From NCBI GenBank assembly GCA_021513715.1, contig CP084167.1, positions 3,040,001 to 3,104,000 of the forward strand: 64,000 bases of DNA, in the 5' to 3' direction. This stretch comes from Candidatus Heimdallarchaeum endolithica. Lineage in GTDB: Archaea > Asgardarchaeota > Heimdallarchaeia > Heimdallarchaeales > Heimdallarchaeaceae. The notes beneath the pieces were generated by a model. That model was not told the origin of the DNA, searched no databases, and worked only from the letters and a program-made list of their open reading frames with translations. This document shows, one piece after another, positions 28,801 through 38,244 of the stretch (its first letter is position 1; each line of letters starts with the position of its first letter). A program made the position numbers and the translations under genes.

Positions 28801-28962
28801 AACATTAACTTCTGTAGTCATTAAACTTTGTAGTGACAATAAAATACCTTGCATCATACTTGAATCTTTAGGTAAATGACCTACTGAAGCAAAACTTATT
28901 CCCGCATCACTACCAACAGAAATCCATAAATCGTAGGGATATTCTTTACTCATATTTCTCAC
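25816..28962 (-). CDS. Large hypothetical protein, N-terminal longin/roadblock-like domain plus long helical body
   Basis: 1048-aa ORF. DAGISFASVG...DSSMMQGILLSLQSLMTTE resembles longin-type helix 1. Confidence 0.65.
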   Translation of the reverse strand: MRNMSKEYPYDLWISVGSDAGISFASVGHLPKDSSMMQGILLSLQSLMTTEVNVSDSQFMTGQNEFVRFGSFTMPSEETNIVVQYIVRSETANSISIEDESLVQELALSFGKFITLTPNFYDNVESGRTVSPDYVSKSFLNACTIARQKISIKENSSVFINLINAHIEKAATQPDIFPTLLQMKNLDAWLKEEEQSWDKGTINSFKRQLIIQMLSQDILNVISLENPFTILQYKKPRYAVDEISSRIENYLKKHSPNAEDLINEYLGKKVEKKINSIYPNLSISAIHSAETFIADELSKEIILNIAKKQPLMGLIDFRDVKIYQKLQSMIKEKISTINQGDIICNALTEDAEPLILQGARLFFNQLISSFKERELPPSVWSVICDFTFAIISEENIKSVKKSKKGGSTLNLKKEFIISKIQKLTNISKNLLKELTSIIENAGVGERLQISNIEESVIFSKALERAIISTLVKIVEDQFFNSILGNIYLYIINSFKKIIPLYIFSSIVSNYIQDIRKRELEIGKQLSLTARDLIGGAINTGFLKAYIKSVPVVHKKSFFGKIQLKFDKRTISVYELLLKPSLTVRYDNSVFSLSQAESNAEILTACLIDHKILYASYENSIIRKMMSSYPEKIFKFESDIVAKLDNLITLFQKERVSKLRNANLLPEIKESFPSFPEFKDVPENFANKNYHVSCYDIWNKNSSKVQKALQTLLSSFAQLRSNDIHYCEIAKKLYTSAEKELKKIRGKIIKSWEPVNKKIFSDIQHWVKFKIGTIDTHLDYIRKNYEKWIDDAFHYKKLQPNQFTPSVEECKTKIDATIKEVRERELEELPKNFLEIALSILLYRRIPDYVIDDSYNQMIQDAKSAMLTVKRAWTKSKTRKEFETNLYINMRSLGNTLIKLINNYIRLIHDSFINRDLELSTDRKGFYIDLGTIPKEIFTTKSEVTALYRFDNISVISGGKNWIVKCYIEPEYFKKMTRHLDRLVVISDIIRFVARYKFDEMTEPLIDGIKVATNYLLEQGDKKVIDLIETMKEAIFRLSDYPSISAEEK

Positions 28963-29215
28963 ATAACCTTACTGTTCCCCAGACACTAGTTCTAATATAT
29001 AAAGCGTGTCTTATATTCTTTTCGAGTAAAATTACTCCAATAACTAGATTGTTTACATCATTTTTAAATGATTTTTTAGGTTCTGAGAATAGAAAAAGTG
29101 AGAAAATGAAGAAAAGAAAGTTAAACTGTTTTAAAAAAGAATAAAGAAAAAATTGAAAACTTTTTTTTCTGAATTTTAGTCTATAGTCAATAGTGTCTGA
29201 AACCTCTCTTTTTTC

Positions 29216-30049
29216 TTAGGAGGATTTAAGGGTTCTATACCAATGCTTTTTGCCTTTTTCTTTCTTTTCTGAATCCATTTCATATAATATTTTAGCAGCT
29301 AAGTTAGCAGCTTGAATTGCTTCTTTTTCACCCTTTGTAGCGAATTCATTTGTAACTCTATTGGCATAAACTGCACAAATAGCTCCAGTTCGCAATCTGT
29401 AAATTTGTCCTAAAGTAAAAATATGCGACGCCTCCATCTCAAAGTTAAGAACACCCATTTTCTGTAAGTCAGGGACTATTAAATCCGTTTTACTTAATTT
29501 ATAATTGTTAACTCCTGGACGACCTTGGCCTAGATAAAAACTAGATGATGAAGCAGTTATTCCAAGATGATATCTGAATCCTAATGTTTCACAAGCTTCA
29601 ATAAGTGCAAGAACTAGTTCATAATGAGCCATCGCAGGATATTCAGGAATAGCATAAAATCTGCTTGAACCTTCCATTTTTACTGCTCCAGTGCTGATTA
29701 TGAGATCTCCCAATTCTATTCCTGGCTGTATTGCTCCTGATGAACCAACACGAATAAAAGTATCACATCCAATATTTACTAATTCTGTCATAGCTATCTC
29801 ACATGCAGGAGTACCAATGCCTGTAGATGTAACACTTATAGGAACACCATGTACTTTTCCTGTATAAGAGTAATATTGCCTGTGAGCTGCAACTTGGCGC
29901 ATTTCATCCCATGAAGAAGCAATTCTTCTTGCTCTTTCTGGATCTCCTGGAAGTAAAACAAGTCCTTTTAAATCTCCCGGTTTGCATTCTATATGATACT
30001 GCATTCCTTGCTCAAAAATGGGTTTATCAGCTGATACTTTTTTCGACAT
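29216..30049 (-). CDS. udp: Uridine phosphorylase
   Basis: LLPGDPERA, STGIGTP, FIRVGSSG, NFEMEAS. Confidence 0.92.
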   Translation of the reverse strand: MSKKVSADKPIFEQGMQYHIECKPGDLKGLVLLPGDPERARRIASSWDEMRQVAAHRQYYSYTGKVHGVPISVTSTGIGTPACEIAMTELVNIGCDTFIRVGSSGAIQPGIELGDLIISTGAVKMEGSSRFYAIPEYPAMAHYELVLALIEACETLGFRYHLGITASSSSFYLGQGRPGVNNYKLSKTDLIVPDLQKMGVLNFEMEASHIFTLGQIYRLRTGAICAVYANRVTNEFATKGEKEAIQAANLAAKILYEMDSEKKEKGKKHWYRTLKSS

Positions 30050-30053
30050 TCTT

Positions 30054-31319
30054 TCACTTCCTAATTTTTTTTAAAATTTCTAATGCTTTATCATATGTTA
30101 TTTCTTTTAATTCTATAAGTTTACTGGCTACTTTTTCCATTTCTTCTCCTTTGGCACCTATAGATACTGCAAGATTGCGAGCATGAAGTGACATATGACC
30201 TGCTTGTATTCCCTCACTTGCTAGTGCTCGAATAGCTGCTAAGTTTTGTGCTAATCCTACAGACCCTGCTACTATAGCCAATTCTTCTGCTGTAGAAACA
30301 TTAAGAATTTTTAATAAAGTCTTATAAGTTGGATGGACATGAATAGCTCCTCCCACAATTCCAACAGAGAGAGGTAATTCCAGATAACCCACTAAATCTC
30401 CATTCTCATCCTTTTCAAATTTAGATAATGAAGAATAGTTTCCATCTTTTGAAGCATATGCATGAGCTCCAGCTTCAATTGCACGAGTGTCGTTGCCAGT
30501 CGCAAGCATAACAGCTGTTATTCCATTCATAATACCTTTATTATGTGTAACAGCTCTAAAAACATCATGTTTAGCAAAGTCATAAGCAAATAGAATATTT
30601 TCAACTACTTCATCTCCTCCTAGAAGCTCTTTATCAAATGTAGCTTTGACTTTAACAATACGTTTGATGGCATAATTAGATAAAATCCGAAGCAAAACTT
30701 TACAATCAACAATACTTTCAATGAAAGGTTGTAATTTTTCTAACATAGTATTAACTGCATTAGCACCCATTGCATCTTTTGTATCAACAATTAAGTGCAG
30801 AATGAAATACTCTCTTAGATCTCCTTTAACTCTCCTTATTTCTATGTCTTTAGCTCCTCCACCTAATTTTACTAAAAATTCATTTGTGGAGTTTGCAATT
30901 TCTATAATTTTTTTCTTGTTTGAAGAAATGATCTGTTTTACAGCTTCGAAAGGTTCTGAAGTTAAAAGTTGTATTTGTCCAATTACTATTGAACCTGAAT
31001 ATTCAGCAGTAAATCCTCCTTTCTTTCTAGCTATTTTTGCAGCATGACTAGCTGCAGCAACAACAGAAGACTCTTCGATAACCATGGGAATAAGATAATC
31101 CTTGCCGTTAATCTTGAAATTTGTGGCTATGCCAATGGGAAAAGGTATTTTTCCTATTGTATTCTCTATCATAACTTCAAAGACAGAATCATTGATTTCT
31201 TGATCTTGTAAATACTTGAGGTCTTGTTCATTGAAATTAAACATTGAAGCAATAATATTTCTCCTTTCTTCCTGTGAGAAAGAATAAAATTTTGGTATTC
31301 TTGAATTAAGGCTCATCAA
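30054..31319 (-). CDS. mvaA: HMG-CoA reductase, class II
   Basis: ENTIG, EESSVVAAAS, DAMGANAVN, THNKGIMNG, GIQAGHMSLH. Confidence 0.93.
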   Translation of the reverse strand: MMSLNSRIPKFYSFSQEERRNIIASMFNFNEQDLKYLQDQEINDSVFEVMIENTIGKIPFPIGIATNFKINGKDYLIPMVIEESSVVAAASHAAKIARKKGGFTAEYSGSIVIGQIQLLTSEPFEAVKQIISSNKKKIIEIANSTNEFLVKLGGGAKDIEIRRVKGDLREYFILHLIVDTKDAMGANAVNTMLEKLQPFIESIVDCKVLLRILSNYAIKRIVKVKATFDKELLGGDEVVENILFAYDFAKHDVFRAVTHNKGIMNGITAVMLATGNDTRAIEAGAHAYASKDGNYSSLSKFEKDENGDLVGYLELPLSVGIVGGAIHVHPTYKTLLKILNVSTAEELAIVAGSVGLAQNLAAIRALASEGIQAGHMSLHARNLAVSIGAKGEEMEKVASKLIELKEITYDKALEILKKIRK

Positions 31320-31400
31320 GGATAGAAACTAAGCAGAAATTTAAAAACTTTTCAAAATAAGTTTAGATAAGACAAATGTCTAAAGAATAATAAAAGAGGT

Positions 31401-31619
31401 TTATAATTCTTCCAAAACTTGGATAGTTTTATCTTGGAATTTTCGCATGATACGAGTAACATAGCCTGCAATTCTATTTCTCATGTGTTTTGTCATAGGA
31501 CTGCAAACTTGTTCAACGACATGCTTATTATTTTGAAAATCTAAATTTAATTGATCATGAAAGTCTCTAACTATTTGTTTAGCGAGTTTTTTGATTTGAC
31601 TTGTTCTTACATTACCCAT
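31401..31619 (-). CDS. rps17e: 30S ribosomal protein S17e
   Basis: MGNVRT..IKK, DFQNNK, RNRIAGYVTR. Confidence 0.95.
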   Translation of the reverse strand: MGNVRTSQIKKLAKQIVRDFHDQLNLDFQNNKHVVEQVCSPMTKHMRNRIAGYVTRIMRKFQDKTIQVLEEL

Positions 31620-31766
31620 ATAATTCACCTAGGATTGGAATCTCTCGTTAGTTTTTCTTGAATTCAATGAAATAGGTAGGAATTTAAAACTTTTGTTCAT
31701 TTAGAATTATTTGTTAAATTTAAAGAATAAAAAATGAAATTTCCGACAGAAAAAGTAAAAATAAAT

Positions 31767-32486
31767 TTAGAAATAAAATTGTTCATCTACATGTACAATT
31801 ATCCCACTTTTTGTAATAGTGAACGGTCTTTCCATCATCTCATGTTTTTGTCCACGCATTTTTCGAATATTAAGGCTTCTTACACCTAGAGTATTGACAA
31901 ATTTGTAATTGAGGACAATTACTCCTTGACTCATAAACTCTTCCACTCCAAAACGGGAAACTTCAGTTCCTGCCATTTCACTTGTTAATATTGTTGTGCA
32001 ATCTAAAGAGCTCATTACTGCAGAAAGCTTAAGGATCTCTCTTCTGATTTGTTGTTCACTAGCCATCGAAAGAGCTAAGGCAGTAATACTGTCAATAACA
32101 ACTCTTTCGGCTCCAATTGCATCTATAGTTGTAATTAACTGGTTAATGAGTTCGTCTACATCTACAGGAGTTTGAAATTTCTCATTAGAACTAACTCCAG
32201 CTCTAGGACTAAAACCATCGATTATCACTAATAAATCTTGTTCTTCAAGTTCTCGAAGATTCCAACCGAAATTAAGGCATTGTTGTCTCACATGTTCTGG
32301 GTGTTCATCAAATGAGACGAAAATACCTGTTTCTCCAGCAGAGACAATACCATGATAAAGAAATTGGTGGCCAAAAGTAGACTTTCCTCCACCAGCAGGC
32401 CCAGCTAATAATATTGTTCTTCCTTTAGGAAGACCACCACCCAAAATTTTGTCTAGTCCTGGAATACCAGTTTCTACTAATTCCAT
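31767..32486 (-). CDS. Single-domain KaiC-like RecA-superfamily ATPase
   Basis: TGIPGLDKILGGGLP, GPAGGGKS, RVVIDS, IRKMRG. ATG at 32486 preferred. Confidence 0.92.
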   Translation of the reverse strand: MELVETGIPGLDKILGGGLPKGRTILLAGPAGGGKSTFGHQFLYHGIVSAGETGIFVSFDEHPEHVRQQCLNFGWNLRELEEQDLLVIIDGFSPRAGVSSNEKFQTPVDVDELINQLITTIDAIGAERVVIDSITALALSMASEQQIRREILKLSAVMSSLDCTTILTSEMAGTEVSRFGVEEFMSQGVIVLNYKFVNTLGVRSLNIRKMRGQKHEMMERPFTITKSGIIVHVDEQFYF

Positions 32487-32573
32487 TATTATCACAAAAA
32501 GATAATAACTAGGAAATAATAAGTTTTTGCACATTGCAAAGTCTTTTCAGAATCAAGCTGAAGATTTGTAAAC

Positions 32574-34415
32574 TCAATCAATATCGTCTTCTACTTCATC
32601 AATGTTAATTGTTTCCTCTCTTTTAGGTAAGTGCCATCCTCCTCCTGGTGTTTTAATAACTACTGTTGGATCACTAGTTTGATCGATGAATATTAGTAGT
32701 TCAACATTGAATTTTTTCTTTACATAAGAAGAAGCTTCTATAATAGTATATTTTCCATCAACTAAGTAGATAATTGAACCTAGCACTGCTTTTTCAATAC
32801 AAGAGCTCTTTTCATCTACAATCCCCACTCTTGCTGTTAGATCCCAGTTCATTGTTCTAATTAAGGGAACAAATCCAATATTCTTGATTTTTATTGTTTC
32901 AGAAGAGAGAATGTAATAGGGAGAGCTCATCTCTTTTGGATATTCTTCAAGTAATTTTGGTGAAGAACTAACAAACCTCTTTAGTGCAGATTTAGAACTC
33001 TTTAACTTAAGAACAGGTTTATATGAATCTTTGATTTTTGGAGATTTTCTAATAAGCTTATCATAATATTCTTCAATAGTTGTTTTCAATTCTGGGATAC
33101 CAGAAAAAAATAACCAGGTAAGAAATTCTAAACTTAAAATACACAAGCCATAGTTTTCAGAGTTTAGAGCTAAATGGAAAGATTGCTCAAACATTAAACG
33201 TGATTGTAATGTTTTTCCTTGTTGCATAAATTTAAATCCAATTTGATTAATAAACTCTATATCTTCGTAACTTCTTGGAACAGCTTTTTCTTCAAATTTT
33301 CCGTTACTTAAAACTACAGAGAGTAAGATAAGTGTATGAACTAAATTGGCTAAATCTGGTCTATTACGTCTAATGCACAAATCTTCAAAGGCAGGAGTAA
33401 AATATGAAGGCAATCGATGAATCTGTTCAGTTAATAAAAGTAAAACTATCCTGAGGAAATGAATTTCCATATCTAAATCAGTGACAACTGCATTACTCTG
33501 GAAGAAAATCATTAAAAGTTCATCCATAAAGACTCTTCCAAGTTCAAGTTCTCTATTTTCAATAAGGCATATGCATGCAAGGTAAAGAAGACGGCTTAAA
33601 AGAACTAATGAAGAATTATAAATAGGATGGTCTTCAATATCTGATGAAGCTAATCGCCAATCTACTATAGCATCTATTATTTCTCTAACTCTAGAAATCA
33701 GTTCTGGTTGTAATTCTTCGTATTTTTCTTCTCTGAAATCTGTTTCAAGAATGCTAAGATCCTCCCATACTTCAGCGATTAGTTCCTTTAATTGTAAAGC
33801 TTGTATAGAAAACTCTTCTTCACTTATGTCTCCTTCTTTGATTTCGCTCATCTTTTCTTCATATTCAGCTTTAATTACAGAAATTGCTGAATCAAAAATT
33901 TTTGAGATGCGCTTAACAGGATCATAGCGATTCGTACTACTGACTGAATAACGTATTTCTGCACTGAAAAGTTTTCTTTCCAACTCTTGAAGAAATCTAA
34001 GAGAGGAAGAATCATCACACTTTTTTATAAGATAACGAATAAAAGCACTATCAATATAAGATTGAATATTAACTAATTCTGCAGTTTCGACGAGTTTAAT
34101 GTCGCTACTAACAATTTTTGCTTTAAGTTTGTACGCTACATAAATTACACTTAAATCCGGTTTTTGAGGAACACTAGTGGTAAGTGAATAAAGTCTTGTT
34201 AGAAATTGGTTAAAATCTTCTGTATCCACCTTCTCAACTGAAATGTGAGGTTCAAGTTCACGAAAAAGAAAATGTCTCATCTCACCTTTTATATAAGAAG
34301 TGATGACAATCTTTATTTTGAGTTTCTTTACTATTTGAGCAAACTTAGAGTACTTTTGAGGTTCAGATTGAAAACCTGAAATAAAGAAGTTAGTGTCAAC
34401 TACAAATGCTTCCAT
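32574..34415 (-). CDS. PIN-domain protein with long helical C-terminal extension
   Basis: FVVDTNFF, GEMR, PDLSVI, SSDIKL give the acidic PIN tetrad; TPR-like helices follow. Confidence 0.75.
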   Translation of the reverse strand: MEAFVVDTNFFISGFQSEPQKYSKFAQIVKKLKIKIVITSYIKGEMRHFLFRELEPHISVEKVDTEDFNQFLTRLYSLTTSVPQKPDLSVIYVAYKLKAKIVSSDIKLVETAELVNIQSYIDSAFIRYLIKKCDDSSSLRFLQELERKLFSAEIRYSVSSTNRYDPVKRISKIFDSAISVIKAEYEEKMSEIKEGDISEEEFSIQALQLKELIAEVWEDLSILETDFREEKYEELQPELISRVREIIDAIVDWRLASSDIEDHPIYNSSLVLLSRLLYLACICLIENRELELGRVFMDELLMIFFQSNAVVTDLDMEIHFLRIVLLLLTEQIHRLPSYFTPAFEDLCIRRNRPDLANLVHTLILLSVVLSNGKFEEKAVPRSYEDIEFINQIGFKFMQQGKTLQSRLMFEQSFHLALNSENYGLCILSLEFLTWLFFSGIPELKTTIEEYYDKLIRKSPKIKDSYKPVLKLKSSKSALKRFVSSSPKLLEEYPKEMSSPYYILSSETIKIKNIGFVPLIRTMNWDLTARVGIVDEKSSCIEKAVLGSIIYLVDGKYTIIEASSYVKKKFNVELLIFIDQTSDPTVVIKTPGGGWHLPKREETINIDEVEDDID

Positions 34416-34510
34416 TAATATTATTATAATTCATTACCACATAAAACATTTTTGCAAATATTAGGAAAAAAAGACTAAAATAATTATTAAAAAATGGTCA
34501 GTTTACAAAT

Positions 34511-35419
34511 TTATACAACATTATAGTAAATCTCTGTTAACCCTTCTTCTAAACGTATCTTTGGATTAAAATTAAGTTCTTTCTGAGCTTTAGAAATTGA
34601 ACAATAGCTGTGTTTTATGTCTCCAGTTCTTGGTTCTGTGTAATTTATTGACAAGTCCTTCTTTCCAATTTTAAGAAGTAAATTTGCAAGTTCTAAAATC
34701 GAAGTTTGCTTTCCTGTACCTATATTATAACTTTCTCCGTTGGATTTGTCGTTTTTTAAGACGAGTTTTATAGCAGAGACAACATCTTGAACATGTATAA
34801 AATCTCTTGTTTGTGTTCCATCGCCTTCAATAATTGGTGAAGAATTAAGATGAATTAGATGTATAAATTTACTAATAACTCCAGAATAAGGATCATCTAT
34901 TTTTTGTAGGTTGCTGTAAAGATTAAATAGGATAAGAGATGTAGTAGGAAGATTATATAGCGAATTATATAACATCGTGTAACGTTCTCCAACAAGCTTA
35001 GATAAACCGTAGGGAGAAAGAGGTTCACGAGGATGTTCTTCAGTAATTGGAAGAAATTTTGGTACTCCAAAAGTAGCTGCAGAACTTAAATAAACGAACT
35101 TTTTGATATCTCGTTTACGAGCAAATTCTAGTAATTTAAGTGTTCCTTCTATATTTGTTTTGGCATCAAATACAGGTTCTTTTGTTGACTTCTTAACTGA
35201 AATTTGAGCAGCTGTATGTATGATAAAATCAATTTCAGGAAGAGAAGAATAGATTGCGTCATCCAGAATATCTCCTTTAATAAATAAACAGTCATTTGGA
35301 GGAGAAATTTTAGCGTTAGATAAATTATCCAGAAGAATTAATTCAAAGTCATTTTTTAGATATTTGTAAATATGAGCACCAACTTGACCAAGACCTCCTG
35401 TTACAAGAATCTTATTCAT
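34511..35419 (-). CDS. NAD-dependent epimerase/dehydratase (GalE-like)
   Basis: ILVTGGLGQVG, YGLSK, RDFIHV, RTGDIKHS. Confidence 0.92.
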   Translation of the reverse strand: MNKILVTGGLGQVGAHIYKYLKNDFELILLDNLSNAKISPPNDCLFIKGDILDDAIYSSLPEIDFIIHTAAQISVKKSTKEPVFDAKTNIEGTLKLLEFARKRDIKKFVYLSSAATFGVPKFLPITEEHPREPLSPYGLSKLVGERYTMLYNSLYNLPTTSLILFNLYSNLQKIDDPYSGVISKFIHLIHLNSSPIIEGDGTQTRDFIHVQDVVSAIKLVLKNDKSNGESYNIGTGKQTSILELANLLLKIGKKDLSINYTEPRTGDIKHSYCSISKAQKELNFNPKIRLEEGLTEIYYNVV

Positions 35420-35598
35420 AAATACCAATATTACAACGTCTAATTAAATTTTTTTGTACTACTATTGTTTCTTCTCTTTAATAACCTTTATATTGTTAAA
35501 TTAATTAATTATTAAATATGTCGAAATTTAATCAATCAACAATATTAACAAAAATACTCCAAATTACTGGAGGTGTTCTGTTAATTTTAATATCAATT

Positions 35599-35615
35599 GT
35601 AGGTATGATCGATAC
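35599..35615 (+). repeat. Target-site duplication, left copy (right copy 36634..36650)
   Basis: GTAGGTATGATCGATAC identical on both flanks. Confidence 0.95.
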
Positions 35616-36633
35616 TGTATACTCAACTCACATTAGTAACAAATAAATAGAAGTGGGTTACGTGGGTAAGTGATATATTATGAACAAAAACGAACGTAAC
35701 CTGGAGAAACTAAGAAAGATTGTGGTTAAAAAAGCTTTGGAAGGAGAGAAGATAAAAAAGGTAGCTCACAAGAATATGGTGAGTAGGAAGTTTGTGTATA
35801 AGTGGTTGAAGAGGTTCAAAGAGAACCCTGAAGGAGAATGGTGGAAAGATAGATCTTCCAGACCAAAAACTATACACAGGAAAGTAGATGAGGAGTTAAA
35901 AGAGAGGATAAGGGAGTTAAGAATAAAACAAGGAATGAATGTAGAGAAGATAGCTTATTTGTTGAAGAGAGAAGGAAAAGCACTCTCCCAGACGACAGTG
36001 ACGAAAGTAATAAAAGAGTTAGGTCTTCCTTTATGGGTTAATAGAAAAAAGAGGAAGAGACCTCGATACAAGAGTTTTGAACGTCAAAAACCTAACGAAT
36101 TCTGACAAATAGATGTGAAAGGACCATTTTGGGTAGAAGAACAAGGATAGACGACATCAAATAACTTTGATAGACGACTACTCACGATTTAGCCTAGGAG
36201 CTAAACTCCACCCTTTTGCACAAAGAAAAGAGCAGATAATAAGTTTGCTAGAGGATGCAATAGAAAAATATGGTCGCCCCGAGTCTATACTCACGGACAA
36301 TGGAGCACTCTTCTCTTCCGTTAGAGGAGAAACAAGTACCTTCTCCCGTTTGTGCCAAACTAAACAGATGGAATAAAGCACATCAGAGCTAGAGTTTTTC
36401 ACCCCAAAACATGTGGAAAAGTAGAAAGACTACATGTGACCCAACCATCATCCGTGAGATAGAAAGATTAGGTCTAACCTACTACAACGCTGATCTCTTC
36501 ACCTACCGCTCTTACTACAATTTTAGTCGTCTTCACCAGTCTCTTAACTTCCTCACCCCAGGAGAAAGATTTATGAAACACCCCTATGTATCTCTAGTGC
36601 TTAAAAGTGTAACCCAAGTCTATTGAGTAAACA
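35616..36633 (+). mobile_element. IS481-family element (1018 bp) with inactivated transposase
   Basis: TGT...ACA ends and imperfect TIRs (TGTATACTCAA / TGTTTACTCAA). HTH SRKFVYKWLKRF, DRSSRP, NEF*QIDVKGPF, IDDYSR, ILTDNG, CGKVER in shifting frames, YNFSRLHQSL..TP. Confidence 0.92.
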
Positions 36634-37166
36634 GTAGGTATGATCGATACTGAAAAAACTTTACAGATTATGCGTTGGGTCTTATCTTCAATTTTGATTG
36701 TTTTCGCGATTGCTATGATACTCTATGCCTTTTTAGCAATAGAAAAAACAGAAAAAACAAAACAAATTCTGTATATAGTGGCAAGTGTTATTGTCCTATT
36801 TCTAGGAATACTACCTATGATCTTTGGTTCTGTGGCAAGTCAAATGATAACTATAATTTTAATGATACTAATGTTTGTAGTAGGTTGTTTGCGAATATCA
36901 ATAGGTTTCAAATCGTCTACACTTCCCAGATGGAAAACTAACATTTACATATTGGTAGGCTCTGTAGCTGCAACACTTTCGTCTGTAGTACTAATCTTTT
37001 ATTCAAGATCAGTCTCTTCTTCTGTTGTGTTCTTTTTTGCATTTCTCTTGATATTAACAGGAGGCACTCTTATTCTCGATGGAGTAACTAAACCCAAAGA
37101 GGGTTATCACAAAATTCGAGAAGAGAAAAAAAGGCAGAAGAGTAAAGAAAAATTAGAAACAAAAAC

Positions 37167-37208
37167 AGAAGAAAAAATAGAAGAAAAAATAGAAGAAAAA
37201 ATAGAAGA
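37167..37208 (+). repeat. 12-bp coding tandem repeat (AGAAGAAAAAAT x3.5; EEKI)
   Basis: Read directly from the sequence. Confidence 0.9.
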
Positions 37209-37416
37209 GCCAACTGAAACAGAAGAAAAAGATGTTAACGAAACAAAGGAAGAGTAATTTTTTCTTTTTTTCCTATTTTTACTTTTTTTGTTATCATAAG
37301 AGTATACCAATAGGAAACTCGCTAAACTTATTTACTCCAATTAAAGCATAAGTTGGAAATTATAGCAAAAATATTAAAAAGGTATGACAAATTGCATTGA
37401 TGTAGAGAAATAATGG

Positions 37417-38244
37417 GTGGATAAAAAGGTGAAAAAACATTATATCCTTGCTTTGATTTTTATAATTAGTTTGTCATTTAGTTTAACTCCAAAACTAAAA
37501 ATTAGTGCTCAAATAGAAGAAGAAAACATAAAATGGGACTATTCTGGTTTAGTAAAATTTCAGGCAGATAGAGTAAAATTTGATGAGGAAACTCCACTTA
37601 AATTGAGATACTATTATCATCTCTTCTATAACGAAGAAACAGAAACAGTAGAATCCCTAGTTGTTATTTATGGATTAAGACCCATTATAAGTGCTCCTTA
37701 TTATTCAAGGTTTTTCAGTGAAGGAGCAACTTATACCCGTTTTAGTTACTGGTTGAACGATTCTTATGGACTTAAATGGGTAAATATAACCTATGAATCT
37801 GTAACAAATGAAAATTCAGAAGCCTATGCTCCTGAATATTTAACAGTTTACAATGTTATTGCTAATAATTCATTATTTAAGTCACGCTCTGATGTTTGGG
37901 AAAGTTCTGGAGTAATAAAGTTTCCAATCCACTTTGCTAACTTATCTAGTGTTATAGGAGAAACAATAGGATTATGGGAAATTATTCAAAGAGATGGTAC
38001 AATCATTCGTGGGCAATTTACAACTTATGGTAAAACTAATCCTATTTTTGAAGATCCAAAATCAAGCTATACTTGGCCAGACTATAATGTAACAGTTGCA
38101 CAAGATATAGAAAGATCTTCGTTGCCAAGAGAACACTCTGTTAAAGTTCCTTTTTCTCTTACGTCAACAGTATTAACAAGTTTTGTGTTAACTTTGTTCC
38201 TAAATGTTCTGAAAAGAAGTAAAAAAAAGGAGTTGAAAAATTAA
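37417..38244 (+). CDS. Secreted, C-terminally anchored protein (paralog A)
   Basis: Signal peptide, C-terminal TM plus basic tail, shares motifs with the next gene. Confidence 0.75.
   Translation: MDKKVKKHYILALIFIISLSFSLTPKLKISAQIEEENIKWDYSGLVKFQADRVKFDEETPLKLRYYYHLFYNEETETVESLVVIYGLRPIISAPYYSRFFSEGATYTRFSYWLNDSYGLKWVNITYESVTNENSEAYAPEYLTVYNVIANNSLFKSRSDVWESSGVIKFPIHFANLSSVIGETIGLWEIIQRDGTIIRGQFTTYGKTNPIFEDPKSSYTWPDYNVTVAQDIERSSLPREHSVKVPFSLTSTVLTSFVLTLFLNVLKRSKKKELKN

Larger units (their letters stand above)
35518..37257 (+). pseudogene. HdeD/DUF308-like membrane protein interrupted by an IS
   Basis: ATG 35518 gives MSKFNQSTILTKILQITGGVLLILISIVGMIDT, which joins in frame to EKTLQIMRW... 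once the IS and one copy of the duplication are removed. The 3' part (36640..37257) is still open. Confidence 0.8.

Noticed and set aside
28980-29199. 9-bp inverted repeat CAGACACTA / TAGTGTCTG around an intergenic region (possible MITE)
   Set aside because: Too short, no target duplication seen and no second copy noticed in the window.
36103-36105. TGA at a conserved Trp position in both IS transposases, suggesting UGA recoding
   Set aside because: Host genes end in TGA (for example 12385 and 20479), and both elements also carry TAG stops and frameshifts. Ordinary TGG-to-TGA decay explains it.
37167-37208. 12-bp tandem repeat as a phase-variation switch
   Set aside because: The unit is a multiple of three and lies in a low-complexity charged tail, so copy changes would not shift the frame.
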